Positions 17,947-25,709 of a stretch of DNA of 26,075 nt are shown piece by piece (position 1 is the first letter of the stretch; every line of letters begins with the position of its first letter). Where the stretch lies: assembly GCA_903902895.1 (NCBI GenBank), contig CAIUWO010000484.1, positions 1 through 26,075 on the forward strand, in the 5' to 3' direction. Both the position numbers and the translations under genes were made by a program. The notes under the pieces are model-generated. The model had not been told where the DNA came from, searched no databases, and saw only the letters and a program-made list of their open reading frames with translations. Origin of the DNA: Candidatus Hydrogenedentota bacterium. Its GTDB lineage: Bacteria > Hydrogenedentota > Hydrogenedentia > Hydrogenedentales > CAITNO01.

Positions 17947-18282
17947 TCACAAGGCGTGGGCCGCCGGCGTGCTCTTTGCGGCGCCCGACGTCTCGAGTTC
18001 CGCAATGCGCTGTTTCAGTTGTTCGATCTCGTCTTCCCGCTGCGTGGCCGCGGCCTGCGAGTTGAAGTAGGGATTGTTTATCCACCAATCCATGCCCATT
18101 TCACGGGCCTTGTCCACGGAGGCGATCATGAGGCGAATCTGAATGGTGAGCAGTTCAATGTCGACAAGTTTTATCTTGATGTCGCCCGCAATGATCACCC
18201 CCTTGTCCAGTACGCGTTCGAGCACATCGGCGAGCGTCGCGCTTTGGGTGGAGTGCTGCATTGACCGTTGTTGGATAGCCAT
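17947..18282 (-). CDS. gas vesicle protein, GvpA/GvpJ family (GvpJ-like, with a C-terminal coiled-coil tail)
   Basis: Core reads LADVLERVLDKGVIIAGDIKIKLVDIELLTIQIRLMIASVDKAREMG. Start taken at MAIQQRS (ATG ending 18282), preceded by AAAGGA; the track ORF begins 5 codons earlier at a TTG. Confidence 0.75.
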   Translation of the reverse strand: MAIQQRSMQHSTQSATLADVLERVLDKGVIIAGDIKIKLVDIELLTIQIRLMIASVDKAREMGMDWWINNPYFNSQAAATQREDEIEQLKQRIAELETSGAAKSTPAAHAL

Positions 18283-18293
18283 AACGATTCCTT

Positions 18294-18641
18294 TCAAAGA
18301 AGCTTTCCTAGAGGCCCTAGGTCAAGGTTGAGGTCTTCGTCTTCGAGGCCGAACTCAATTTTCAGCCGGTCGATCTCTTCGGCGAGCCGCATGAATGTGG
18401 TCCCCAGCCGTTCCACTTCCTCATCGTTCAGCGACCCGCCCTCCATGCGCCGGAGTGCCTGGCGTTCGAGCAGTTGCCGGACAAGTTCGACAACCGTCAG
18501 AACCAGTTGTCCCAGCCCGTTTTTTACATTTTCCGGGTCAAGCTTAATCCGGGGCCGGCAGGGCTCTGTGGCGGGGGTCATGAGTTGGGCAAAATCGCCC
18601 ATGCACCGGGAATCCGTTTTGACGCTCTGGGTGGTGTTCAT
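18294..18641 (-). CDS. gvpK: gas vesicle protein GvpK
   Basis: GvpK signature: GLGQLVLTVVELVRQLLERQALRRMEGGSLNDEEVERLG...FGLEDEDLNLDLGPLGKLL. Its ATG overlaps the stop of the upstream gvpA-family gene (ATGA at 18638-18641). Confidence 0.8.
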   Translation of the reverse strand: MNTTQSVKTDSRCMGDFAQLMTPATEPCRPRIKLDPENVKNGLGQLVLTVVELVRQLLERQALRRMEGGSLNDEEVERLGTTFMRLAEEIDRLKIEFGLEDEDLNLDLGPLGKLL

Positions 18642-18871
18642 GGCTTGCTCCCGGCCGGACAGGGCCTGTTGGCCGCGTTCTGGGCGCTGATCTCGCGCGC
18701 CGTTTCCACGGAGGACAGCATGACCTGAAGGCTCAGGTACACAAGGTCGATGTCGGCCACCGAAATCACCACCTCTCCCACTATGACAACCCCGGCGTTG
18801 AGGACGCGGTCAAGGGCTTCGCACAAAGAGACATGCTCTTCGGCTTCCATGTCCCGGGCTGACTTGCTCAT
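18638..18871 (-). CDS. gas vesicle protein, GvpA/J/M (PF00741) family, minor paralog
   Basis: Core reads LCEALDRVLNAGVVIVGEVVISVADIDLVYLSLQVMLSSVETAREI. Its ATG overlaps the ArsA-like stop (ATGA at 18868-18871). Confidence 0.75.
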   Translation of the reverse strand: MSKSARDMEAEEHVSLCEALDRVLNAGVVIVGEVVISVADIDLVYLSLQVMLSSVETAREISAQNAANRPCPAGSKP

Positions 18872-20955
18872 GCGGGCCCCCCTCCGGGTTCGGCAGCGCC
18901 GGGACCGCCGCCGCCGCCGCCGTTGTCCTTCGCCGCGGGGTCGGGCGGGTGCGCCGCACGCCGCTTCCGGACCGCGCGCACAATCGGCGGTGCCGGTGCC
19001 TGCGGCCCCTCAAAGAGAAGCAGGCCAAGGGCTTTGAGGTCGTCCCAGTCGGACGGTTCGGCGAAGCGGTATACCACCGATTGCGCGGTCTGGGCGAAGG
19101 CCCGCCTGTATCGGCTCTGCACGCGGGATTCGGCACGGCCGCGGGCGCTGCAGAAAAGACACTCCGCCGGCGGCGTGGCGAGGTTCAAAAAGAGCGTGGG
19201 AACACGTATCCCGGCATTGCGGCACGCGGCCATCAGGTCCGTGGTTTCCTCAAAGGCCATATCCGTCAGCACGCTGACGGCATAGAGGCTGGTCCTTTCC
19301 GGGTCCACCAGCAGCGCGCGCAGGGCTTTGAGTTGCTTGGACATCTCCACCATGAGCTGCATCATGTTGGGCAGCCGGAACACATTTCTGTACTTGATAA
19401 GGATGTTGAAAAACACCCTGAGCCAGTCCTGGACCAGTCCGGGAAGTTCGAGGAGGCGTATGAGGTGCCCGGTGGGGGCCGTGTCGAGGACAATAGTGCC
19501 GTATTTCCCTGACTGGAGCAGTTCCACCACGCGCGTCAACGCCATCATCTCATCCAAGCCCGGAGGGGACATGTCCATGATGCTTTCCATGACCTCTCGG
19601 TCAAAACTTAGGTCGATGGTCACACCTTTGCCCGTAAGAGAACCGAAAAACGCGGCGACTTCATCGCTGTACTGCTGCTTGAGCGCCTCGAACTCCACCT
19701 TCTCATCCACCTCCAACGCCGACAGCCCCGGGCACAATACGGTCTCCCGCGAGCCAACCACCACCCCGAGTCGGTCAGAAAGGGAGTGCGCCGGGTCAGT
19801 GGAGAACAGGAGGATATTCTTGTCCGGCGCTTGCCGGTTCAAACGAAACGCGGTGGCCGTGGCCAGGGTGGTTTTCCCAACCCCCCCTTTTCCCGCAAAA
19901 AGCAACAGTGATGCGCCGATCGGGGGGAGGGTGGCCGCATGGTCAACGCATGGTTTCGTGGCGGTGTCGGCGGCGCGGGGCTGCGGGCCGACCGACAAGG
20001 GCTTAACGGTTTCCCAGAGGGCCCGGAGTTTCTCGCTCCCCTGCACCCTGCCGGCCTGCAGCGGAATTTCCCAGAGGGCGTGCTTGGCGAAGGTCTGCGA
20101 GGCGATGGAGTACTGTTCATATTGGCGGCCGCGCAGTTCGGAACAGAACGGGCACTGTATGGAGACAGGAACGGTCTGGTTGATCAGGATGTCCATGACG
20201 GGAACTCTCATGCTTTGCAGGGCCTCAAGCAGCCGTCCAGTCTCCTGAACGCTCAGTGGCTCGGCAATCATTACCGGCACGAAGCGGCACCTGACGGCGT
20301 CCTGGAGCAGGGCGGTGATGCAGTCGATGGAGGCCATGGTTTGCTCAATGAACATGTCGGCCTGGCTCTTCGTGTAGAATCCGCGGTAGAGTCTGTACAT
20401 GTAGCGGTTCTGGGCCAGCATGGCGTCGAGGGACTGGTTCCATTTTCGCAGCATTTGGGGCAGTTCGAGGAACCGCAGGGCGTGCCCCGTGGGCGCCGTG
20501 TCGACCACAATGCAGGCATAGGCGCCGGAGTCCACGAGCGCGGCGATCTCGATAAAGGCCATTATCTCATCGAGACCCGGCATGGACAGTTCCAGGAGTT
20601 GCGTGATGTCATAGTCGTCGAGAACCGTTCCGTGCAGGGCTATCTCCCGGAGGTGTCCGGCGTGGGCCGCCTTGAACCTGGCCAGACTGTCCTGGGTGTT
20701 GACCTCCAGCACCTCAAGGTTCGGCAGGGGGGCCGAACCCGCGAAGCAGTCTTCGAGTGAGTGTGCCGGGTCGATGGAGACCACAAGAAAGCGGCGGTCC
20801 GGGGACTGGCCGGCCAGCCGCAGTGCGGCTGCGGCGGCACAGGTTGTTTTTCCCACGCCACCTTTCCCGCCAAACAGAATCAGCCCGAGCCCGGCTTCCC
20901 GGAAAAACGAGGGGGCGTCGGTCTGTGCGGGTTGGTTGGCGTTCGGGGCGTTCAA
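18868..20955 (-). CDS. fused tandem ArsA/Get3(TRC40)-like P-loop ATPase (two complete halves in one polypeptide)
   Basis: Half 1 has GGKGGVGKTT, VDTAPTGHALRFLELP and CPFC. Half 2 has AGKGGVGKTT, LDTAPTGHLIRLLELP and CLFC. The only available start is TTG at 20955, preceded by AGGGTG and overlapping the gvpG stop (AATTGA). Confidence 0.85.
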   Translation of the reverse strand: MNAPNANQPAQTDAPSFFREAGLGLILFGGKGGVGKTTCAAAAALRLAGQSPDRRFLVVSIDPAHSLEDCFAGSAPLPNLEVLEVNTQDSLARFKAAHAGHLREIALHGTVLDDYDITQLLELSMPGLDEIMAFIEIAALVDSGAYACIVVDTAPTGHALRFLELPQMLRKWNQSLDAMLAQNRYMYRLYRGFYTKSQADMFIEQTMASIDCITALLQDAVRCRFVPVMIAEPLSVQETGRLLEALQSMRVPVMDILINQTVPVSIQCPFCSELRGRQYEQYSIASQTFAKHALWEIPLQAGRVQGSEKLRALWETVKPLSVGPQPRAADTATKPCVDHAATLPPIGASLLLFAGKGGVGKTTLATATAFRLNRQAPDKNILLFSTDPAHSLSDRLGVVVGSRETVLCPGLSALEVDEKVEFEALKQQYSDEVAAFFGSLTGKGVTIDLSFDREVMESIMDMSPPGLDEMMALTRVVELLQSGKYGTIVLDTAPTGHLIRLLELPGLVQDWLRVFFNILIKYRNVFRLPNMMQLMVEMSKQLKALRALLVDPERTSLYAVSVLTDMAFEETTDLMAACRNAGIRVPTLFLNLATPPAECLFCSARGRAESRVQSRYRRAFAQTAQSVVYRFAEPSDWDDLKALGLLLFEGPQAPAPPIVRAVRKRRAAHPPDPAAKDNGGGGGGPGAAEPGGGPA

Positions 20956-21215
20956 TTGGCACCCTGGCTCTCGTCATCGTCGTCCGTTGACGCAATCTCG
21001 GCCTTGTCGAGCAGTTGCAGGAGCTGCTCCTCCCTGGCATCAAACTCTTCCTCCGTTATCCTCCCCGTTTCAAGCATCATGTACAATTCGGCAAGTTCAA
21101 CGCGGATCGATTCGGCGGCATTTGCGACCTCCTGCTGGGCGGCGTTCTGGATTTCGCGAAAAATGAACATGAGACTCCTCGCCGGAAAAAGCAGGATGTC
21201 ATCGATGATAAACAC
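20952..21215 (-). CDS. gvpG: gas vesicle protein GvpG
   Basis: MFIIDDILLFPARSLMFIFREIQ...ESIRVELAELYMMLETGRITEEEFDAREEQLLQLL matches the GvpG pattern. I prefer the internal GVG start (GTG ending 21215, preceded by GGGGAG) over the track ATG at 21287, which would overlap gvpF by 43 nt and add 24 non-conserved residues. The start is uncertain. Confidence 0.6.
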   Translation of the reverse strand: MFIIDDILLFPARSLMFIFREIQNAAQQEVANAAESIRVELAELYMMLETGRITEEEFDAREEQLLQLLDKAEIASTDDDDESQGAN

Positions 21216-21244
21216 GGCCTGATACTCCCCGGTTGGCCTGCGGG

Positions 21245-22006
21245 CTACATGGACAGTTGCATTTCCACAAAGTTGTACGGCGGCCATGGACCGCTGAAAT
21301 CGAAGGAGAAGGTGTCGTCGAAAAGCTTGGCGGCGTCCATGACGGCGTTTTCGAAGTCCTTCTGTCGGTCGCTCGCCACCAGGCAGGCAAGGCTCAGAAC
21401 ATCACGGTCCTCCCGCGGGTCATTTTCCAGAATCTCAACGCAGCACGGGAGGAGAAACCGTTTCACCGTCTCGGTGTGCTCATCGCGGTCCGTGTTCAGC
21501 GCCTTCTCGAACAAGCGCCCCAACTCGAGCTTGTCACCCTGGGAGGGTTCCCGCCCGCCGCTGAACATGCGGTCCCGAAGCGAGGCGATATTCGGATGTC
21601 TGCTGACAAAGTACTCGAAAAAGTTCGGCACATTCCAGCAGACCCGGAGGCCCATTTCCACGTTTCCCGCAACGCGCTCCAACTGTTCGAGCAACGCGTC
21701 TTGGTTTGCGGACAGCAGCTTGCACACGTCCTTGGTGTTCTTGGCGATATTGCCGAAGGACATGGGCAGCAGGCCGGATTTGCCCATCAAGTGCATCAGG
21801 ACGGCCTGATGGGCGGCCAAATGGCGCCGTTGCGGACGCAGTTTTTCATCGGGAACACCGCTTACCGCGGCAGCCAAAGCGCCCTCAATAACATAGTGCA
21901 CACATCCGCCGTCGATGCCGGAGAGTTCGGCTTCCTCGACCACCTGGTCTGCGGCGACCACTCCGTAAAGGTATGTGCCGCTCGGTGCTGCGATTAGTTG
22001 TTCCAT
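21245..22006 (-). CDS. gvpF: gas vesicle protein GvpF (GvpF/L family), positioned between gvpN and gvpG
   Basis: Begins MEQLIAAPSGTYLYGVV and ends FSGPWPPYNFVEMQLSM (GPWPPYNFV hallmark). ATG at 22006. Confidence 0.8.
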   Translation of the reverse strand: MEQLIAAPSGTYLYGVVAADQVVEEAELSGIDGGCVHYVIEGALAAAVSGVPDEKLRPQRRHLAAHQAVLMHLMGKSGLLPMSFGNIAKNTKDVCKLLSANQDALLEQLERVAGNVEMGLRVCWNVPNFFEYFVSRHPNIASLRDRMFSGGREPSQGDKLELGRLFEKALNTDRDEHTETVKRFLLPCCVEILENDPREDRDVLSLACLVASDRQKDFENAVMDAAKLFDDTFSFDFSGPWPPYNFVEMQLSM

Positions 22007-22103
22007 CTGCCTACGTGCTCCTATTTAGAGCGTGACTGATGAGCACGCCCTGGTTCCTGACAGCCCCGGCAAGCTGTCCGCGCGCCGGCGCTGCGGCGCT
22101 TTC

Positions 22104-22304
22104 CTAGCCTTCTTGGTCGCCGTTTTCAGCGGCGCCCCGCGCCCCGCCCATGGCCCTGGCAAACCGGACTGATTTGATTTGCCCGTCTTCCGTCTTTATT
22201 TCCAGCAGTGTGCTGCAGACAAAACACCGGATCATCCCCTCATAATCGCTGTAAACGTCATCGAGGTCCACGTTGTGTCCGCAGACAAGGCAATTGACTT
22301 TCAT
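22104..22304 (-). CDS. small zinc-ribbon-like protein (two CxxC pairs), 66 aa, unknown function
   Basis: Start taken at internal Met 74 of track ORF 22104..22523 (ATG ending 22304), preceded by AGGAAAGG. Translation: MKVNCLVCGHNVDLDDVYSDYEGMIRCFVCSTLLEIKTEDGQIKSVRFARAMGG..., with C5/C8 and C29/C32. The upstream extension of the track ORF is Arg/Ala/Gly/Pro-rich and looks non-coding. Confidence 0.45.
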   Translation of the reverse strand: MKVNCLVCGHNVDLDDVYSDYEGMIRCFVCSTLLEIKTEDGQIKSVRFARAMGGARGAAENGDQEG

Positions 22305-22600
22305 CAGTGAAGGCCTTTCCTGGTTGCGCCGCTCCGTTCCCGCGGACGGGAGGGTGCGGGTTTGGATGACAATGGCACGGTCAGTCCCGCCCGCCCCCTG
22401 TGTGCGAGGTGCTGCGCGATGAGCCACAGGCGGCGCATCAACCGGCCGGCCAGCGCCGCCTGTCGCAAAACAATGGACACGCTGGCCACATGCGCCATGG
22501 AGACGCCGGTGGAGCTGCGGCACGCCCGGAACCCCTTTATGGTTCCGCCCGTGCGTATTTGGTCGGCAGTCTTGACCATCAACATAAGCGGGGTCCCTTC

Positions 22601-22936
22601 TTAGTATTTTATGCCGAAGCCGGACCCGCTCGCCTTGGGGTGCGGCGCCTCCGGCCTCCTGCGGGGGCCCGCCGGACTGCTGGCGGGCAGATTCTCCCCC
22701 ATCTGGGCCAGGGAGGCGAGCAGGGCCTCCTTTTCGGCGTCGATGGCCTTGAACCGCTCGTCAATGATCCGCACGCGCCTCATGGCCGCCTCCCTTTCCG
22801 AGCCGCGCCGCGCGCGCTCCATTTCAAGGCAGGCGATCTTGATGTAGGCCTTGTGGGGCGGCACTTCCAGGTGCTTGTTCTTCGACAGCGTTTGGACGCA
22901 CTGAAGTCCGCGTGTTGTTCTGTCCGGTATGGCCAT
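22601..22936 (-). CDS. hypothetical basic/coiled-coil protein at the gvpV position of Serratia/cyanobacterial-type clusters
   Basis: ATG at 22936 is preceded by GAGGAGA and lies 11 nt after the gvpN stop. Sequence: ...PPHKAYIKIACLEMERARRGSEREAAMRRVRIIDERFKAIDAEKEALLASLAQ..., with a Pro/Arg-rich tail. The GvpV assignment rests on position only. Confidence 0.5.
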   Translation of the reverse strand: MAIPDRTTRGLQCVQTLSKNKHLEVPPHKAYIKIACLEMERARRGSEREAAMRRVRIIDERFKAIDAEKEALLASLAQMGENLPASSPAGPRRRPEAPHPKASGSGFGIKY

Positions 22937-22947
22937 GGTCTTTCTCC

Positions 22948-24006
22948 TCAGTCGCCGTCGGCCGGGTTCGAGTCATGCTGATGCGCGCGCGCGGGCGCGG
23001 GCTGGCTGCCCAGCCGGACGCACACCCGCTTGAGGATGTCCTCGATGTCGCCGCCCATCACCCGGTTTCCGTCGTGCATGACTTTGGCGGTGTCCGTGTT
23101 CAGGATGTCCCGGCAGATCCGCGGGAAGACGGGGTCGAGCCAGCCGGCGTGCTCGCCGGGCCGCATCAGAAGGCGCCCCACGGCGATGGCCGAGCGAATC
23201 GTGGGCCGGTGCTTGTTTGCGCCGCCCTCGCGCAGCTCGGTCACCAGGTCGACGATGATCTCGGCGTCCTCGCGGCTCGTGCCCGATTTGGCCATGACGA
23301 TCGCAGTCTCGGTGTCCCGGTCGTAGTGGCCAAGGTTGATGGTGATCAGGCGGTCCGCAAGGGCGTCCTGGGTCTTGTGCGTGCCCGCGTACTCTTCCGG
23401 ATTGGAGGTGAAGATGGCGCGAAAGCAGGGATGAACCGCCAGATAGCCCTCGCCCGAGGTGCGCAGCTTCGGCAGGTTCAGGATCCGCTCCGACAGGATG
23501 GTCAGGAACGCGTTGTTGGCCTCGGGCCGCGAGCGGTTGAACTCGTCGTAGATGAGGGTGTCGCCGCGCTGGCAGGCGGTGGTCAGCCGGTTATCCATCC
23601 AGAGGCTTCTCATTTCCTCCTCTGTCTTCATCACGGAGTGGATATAATTGTCGACCACCTTGTGCTTGCGGTAGCCGGTGTCGCGCCCAATCAGGTCGGA
23701 ACTGGCAAACTCGTCATCGCCGTGAATGAGCGTGACGGACCGGCCGAGCAGGGCGGCCGCGTGGAAGGCCAGCGTGGTTTTCCCGGTGCCCGCAGGGCCG
23801 GCGAAATGCACCGGATAACCCGCGTACAGATACGCCATGGCCCGCTCGGTTAGTTCCTGCACATAGTCGGTTGTGACAAACTCCTTGCTTGCCTCAAGCT
23901 GAACGGTGTCGCCGGAACTTCTGATCCGCTCGACCCCCAGGGGTGCCACGGTCGCGTTGTTGTTGCTCATGCTTACCTTCAATCCTTTCTGCATCGGGCC
24001 AGTCAT
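22948..24006 (-). CDS. gvpN: gas vesicle protein GvpN (CbbQ/NirQ/NorQ/GvpN-family AAA+ ATPase)
   Basis: ERAMAYLYAGYPVHFAGPAGTGKTTLAFHAAALLGRSVTLIHG (Walker A), LIYDEFNRSRPEANNAFLTIL (Walker B) and VHPCFRAIFTSNPEEYAGTH match the GvpN family. An alternative start is at Met 13 (ATG ending ~23970), which has a better GAAGG Shine-Dalgarno. Confidence 0.9.
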   Translation of the reverse strand: MTGPMQKGLKVSMSNNNATVAPLGVERIRSSGDTVQLEASKEFVTTDYVQELTERAMAYLYAGYPVHFAGPAGTGKTTLAFHAAALLGRSVTLIHGDDEFASSDLIGRDTGYRKHKVVDNYIHSVMKTEEEMRSLWMDNRLTTACQRGDTLIYDEFNRSRPEANNAFLTILSERILNLPKLRTSGEGYLAVHPCFRAIFTSNPEEYAGTHKTQDALADRLITINLGHYDRDTETAIVMAKSGTSREDAEIIVDLVTELREGGANKHRPTIRSAIAVGRLLMRPGEHAGWLDPVFPRICRDILNTDTAKVMHDGNRVMGGDIEDILKRVCVRLGSQPAPARAHQHDSNPADGD

Positions 24007-24081
24007 GCGCGGCGCATGGCCGGTCCTTGCAAGTGTTTCAGCCTGGACCCTGAACCGGCCCTTCCATTCAGGGACGTTGCC

Positions 24082-24885
24082 TTACTTGCGTCCGCGCCGC
24101 GCCTCGGGCTTGGCGGGCTTGCCGGCCGCTTTGGCCTTGGTCTTTACGGGCGCGGTGTCGGGGGCCTTCGCCTCCGGTCTGGGCGCGCTGACGGCGGGGG
24201 CAGACTGCCTGGTCTCTGCTTTGACGGGCGCGGCGGTGCCAGCCCATGCCTGACGGACCCCGGCGAGGTCGGCGGAGACGGCCTCGCGCAGGGCGTTTAC
24301 GTGCGCGCGCAGTCCGTCGAGAATCTCGGTGCGCGTCGCAAAGTCCTGCGAGGCTTCCTCAATGCGCCGGGCCTCCTCGTCTCGCCGGGAACTGTCGCAT
24401 TCCGCGAAAGTTTCACGCTGCGCCTCGGCCATCTCGTCATGGGCCGCTTGAAACACCACGCGCAGGACATCGACCTCGGCCTTGAGCTCCTCAACCCGCC
24501 CGCAGACCTTGGCTACGAACGCGGCCCGGGCCTGTTGGAGCCTGTCGGCTTCGGCAAGCCTTTCGGCCTCGTTCGCGGCGGACTCATCGCGCACGAGCGC
24601 GGCCCGGTCGGCATGGCCTGTGCGCAATTCGGTCCGAAGTTCCTCGCTCGCCTGGGCGCGCGCCGCATTCCACGTCGCAAGCAATGAGGCGACGGCCTCT
24701 TTCGAACTCTGGGCGAATGCACGCTGCTCTTCCATCAATTCGCGGCGTCCGTTCCGCAATGCGCCAATTTCGTCGCTGAGCCTCGTCATGTCATCGGTAA
24801 GTGTTCCCACAGCTGTTCTCCTCTGGTTATAGACGTTAAAGTGTTCGCCGGTTGACGGACGAAGAGTTTCGCCCGCCAACGTCAT
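24082..24885 (-). CDS. alpha-helical repeat protein at the gvpC position (candidate vesicle-surface protein) with a Lys/Ala/Pro-rich basic tail
   Basis: Start taken at the ATG ending 24885 (the track begins at a TTG two codons earlier). There is an internal duplication: ELMEEQRAFAQSSKEAVASL versus EMAEAQRETFAECDSSRRDE. The C-terminus reads APVKAETRQSAPAVSAPRPEAKAPDTAPVKTKAKAAGKPAKPEARRGRK. It starts 29 nt after the gvpA stop. Confidence 0.6.
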   Translation of the reverse strand: MTLAGETLRPSTGEHFNVYNQRRTAVGTLTDDMTRLSDEIGALRNGRRELMEEQRAFAQSSKEAVASLLATWNAARAQASEELRTELRTGHADRAALVRDESAANEAERLAEADRLQQARAAFVAKVCGRVEELKAEVDVLRVVFQAAHDEMAEAQRETFAECDSSRRDEEARRIEEASQDFATRTEILDGLRAHVNALREAVSADLAGVRQAWAGTAAPVKAETRQSAPAVSAPRPEAKAPDTAPVKTKAKAAGKPAKPEARRGRK

Positions 24886-24914
24886 CTCCAACTCTCAGTT
24901 GCCCTCGCCGGGTC

Positions 24915-25133
24915 TCACGCGGGGGCGGCTGCGGTCGCGGTCAGCCCGATTGCCTCGGCATATTTGAGATAGGTTTCGACAGACGCAATCACCACGCGGG
25001 CTTCCACCGACAACAGTTCTATTCCAACGAGCGAAACCTTGACCCAGGCGTCGATCACAATGCCTTTGTCCAAGATGCGGTCCACGACTTCCGCCAAACT
25101 GGAACTGTCTGTTGATTTCTGTATTTTTGCCAT
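24915..25133 (-). CDS. gvpA: major gas vesicle structural protein GvpA
   Basis: [65 protein letters not shown] is near-identical to canonical GvpA. Start taken at the ATG ending 25133, preceded by AAAGGAG (the track begins at a GTG two codons upstream). Confidence 0.9.
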   Translation of the reverse strand: MAKIQKSTDSSSLAEVVDRILDKGIVIDAWVKVSLVGIELLSVEARVVIASVETYLKYAEAIGLTATAAAPA

Positions 25134-25264
25134 ATCCACTCAACTCCTTTCCGTTTGGAAACCCTCTTTCATGCCGGACTGACGCCTCACGGGCGTCAGC
25201 ACTGCGTGCCGGTGTCCTGACGGCTGGCCCGAAGTGGCCCGGCTCTTGGCGCAACGACTTGGAT

Positions 25265-25283
25265 AAAGCAATACGCATGCCAA
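25265..25283 (-). promoter_or_regulatory. sigma54 (-24/-12) promoter of the gvpA operon
   Basis: The minus strand reads TTGGCATGCGTATTGCTTT, i.e. TGGCAT-N5-TTGCT, with GG and GC 12 nt apart as in the consensus. It is ~120 nt upstream of the gvpA ATG. A sigma54 activator is encoded in the cluster. Confidence 0.55.
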
Positions 25284-25385
25284 CCGCAGAAACAACACCG
25301 GCTCCGCGATAAAACCCTGTTTTACTGAGGTTTGGAAAGGCTCTCTCCCAGGCCATCCCCCCAAGAAGCGCCGGTGACCGTTCGC

Positions 25386-25446
25386 TTCTATGGATTCTGT
25401 TCCATAGTATGTGGAATAGTTCCCAATTTCCCCGGTTCCACAAGCG
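25386..25446. promoter_or_regulatory. conserved ~60-bp palindromic UAS-like element, copy 2
   Basis: TTCTATGGA-ttctg-TTCCATA-gt-ATGTGGAAT-agtt-CCCAATTTCC-ccGGTTC. It lies 106 bp upstream of the -24 GG of the gvpA sigma54 promoter. Motif order and spacing match the copy at 8670-8730. Confidence 0.5.
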
Positions 25447-25709
25447 ATCTTGTCGTGAATGCGCAGTAAATCGCACTAGGATGGCGTTCTTGGCCGGCAG
25501 GAACAAAGGATTAAGTGACGAGAGGGCGTTGCTGGAAAGCTGGGCGCCTGCCGACGGAAAGGGGGGCATGAATGCCCGGGGGCTCGTGTCAGAGACGGGC
25601 GGAGCGTTACGGCGGGAACTGGGGAACTGCGGGATTGTCGGGGTGATGTGCCGCGGTGCCTGATGATTTGGGCGCTGCGCGCGCCGCGGCAAACGCCTTG
25701 TCTCGCCGG

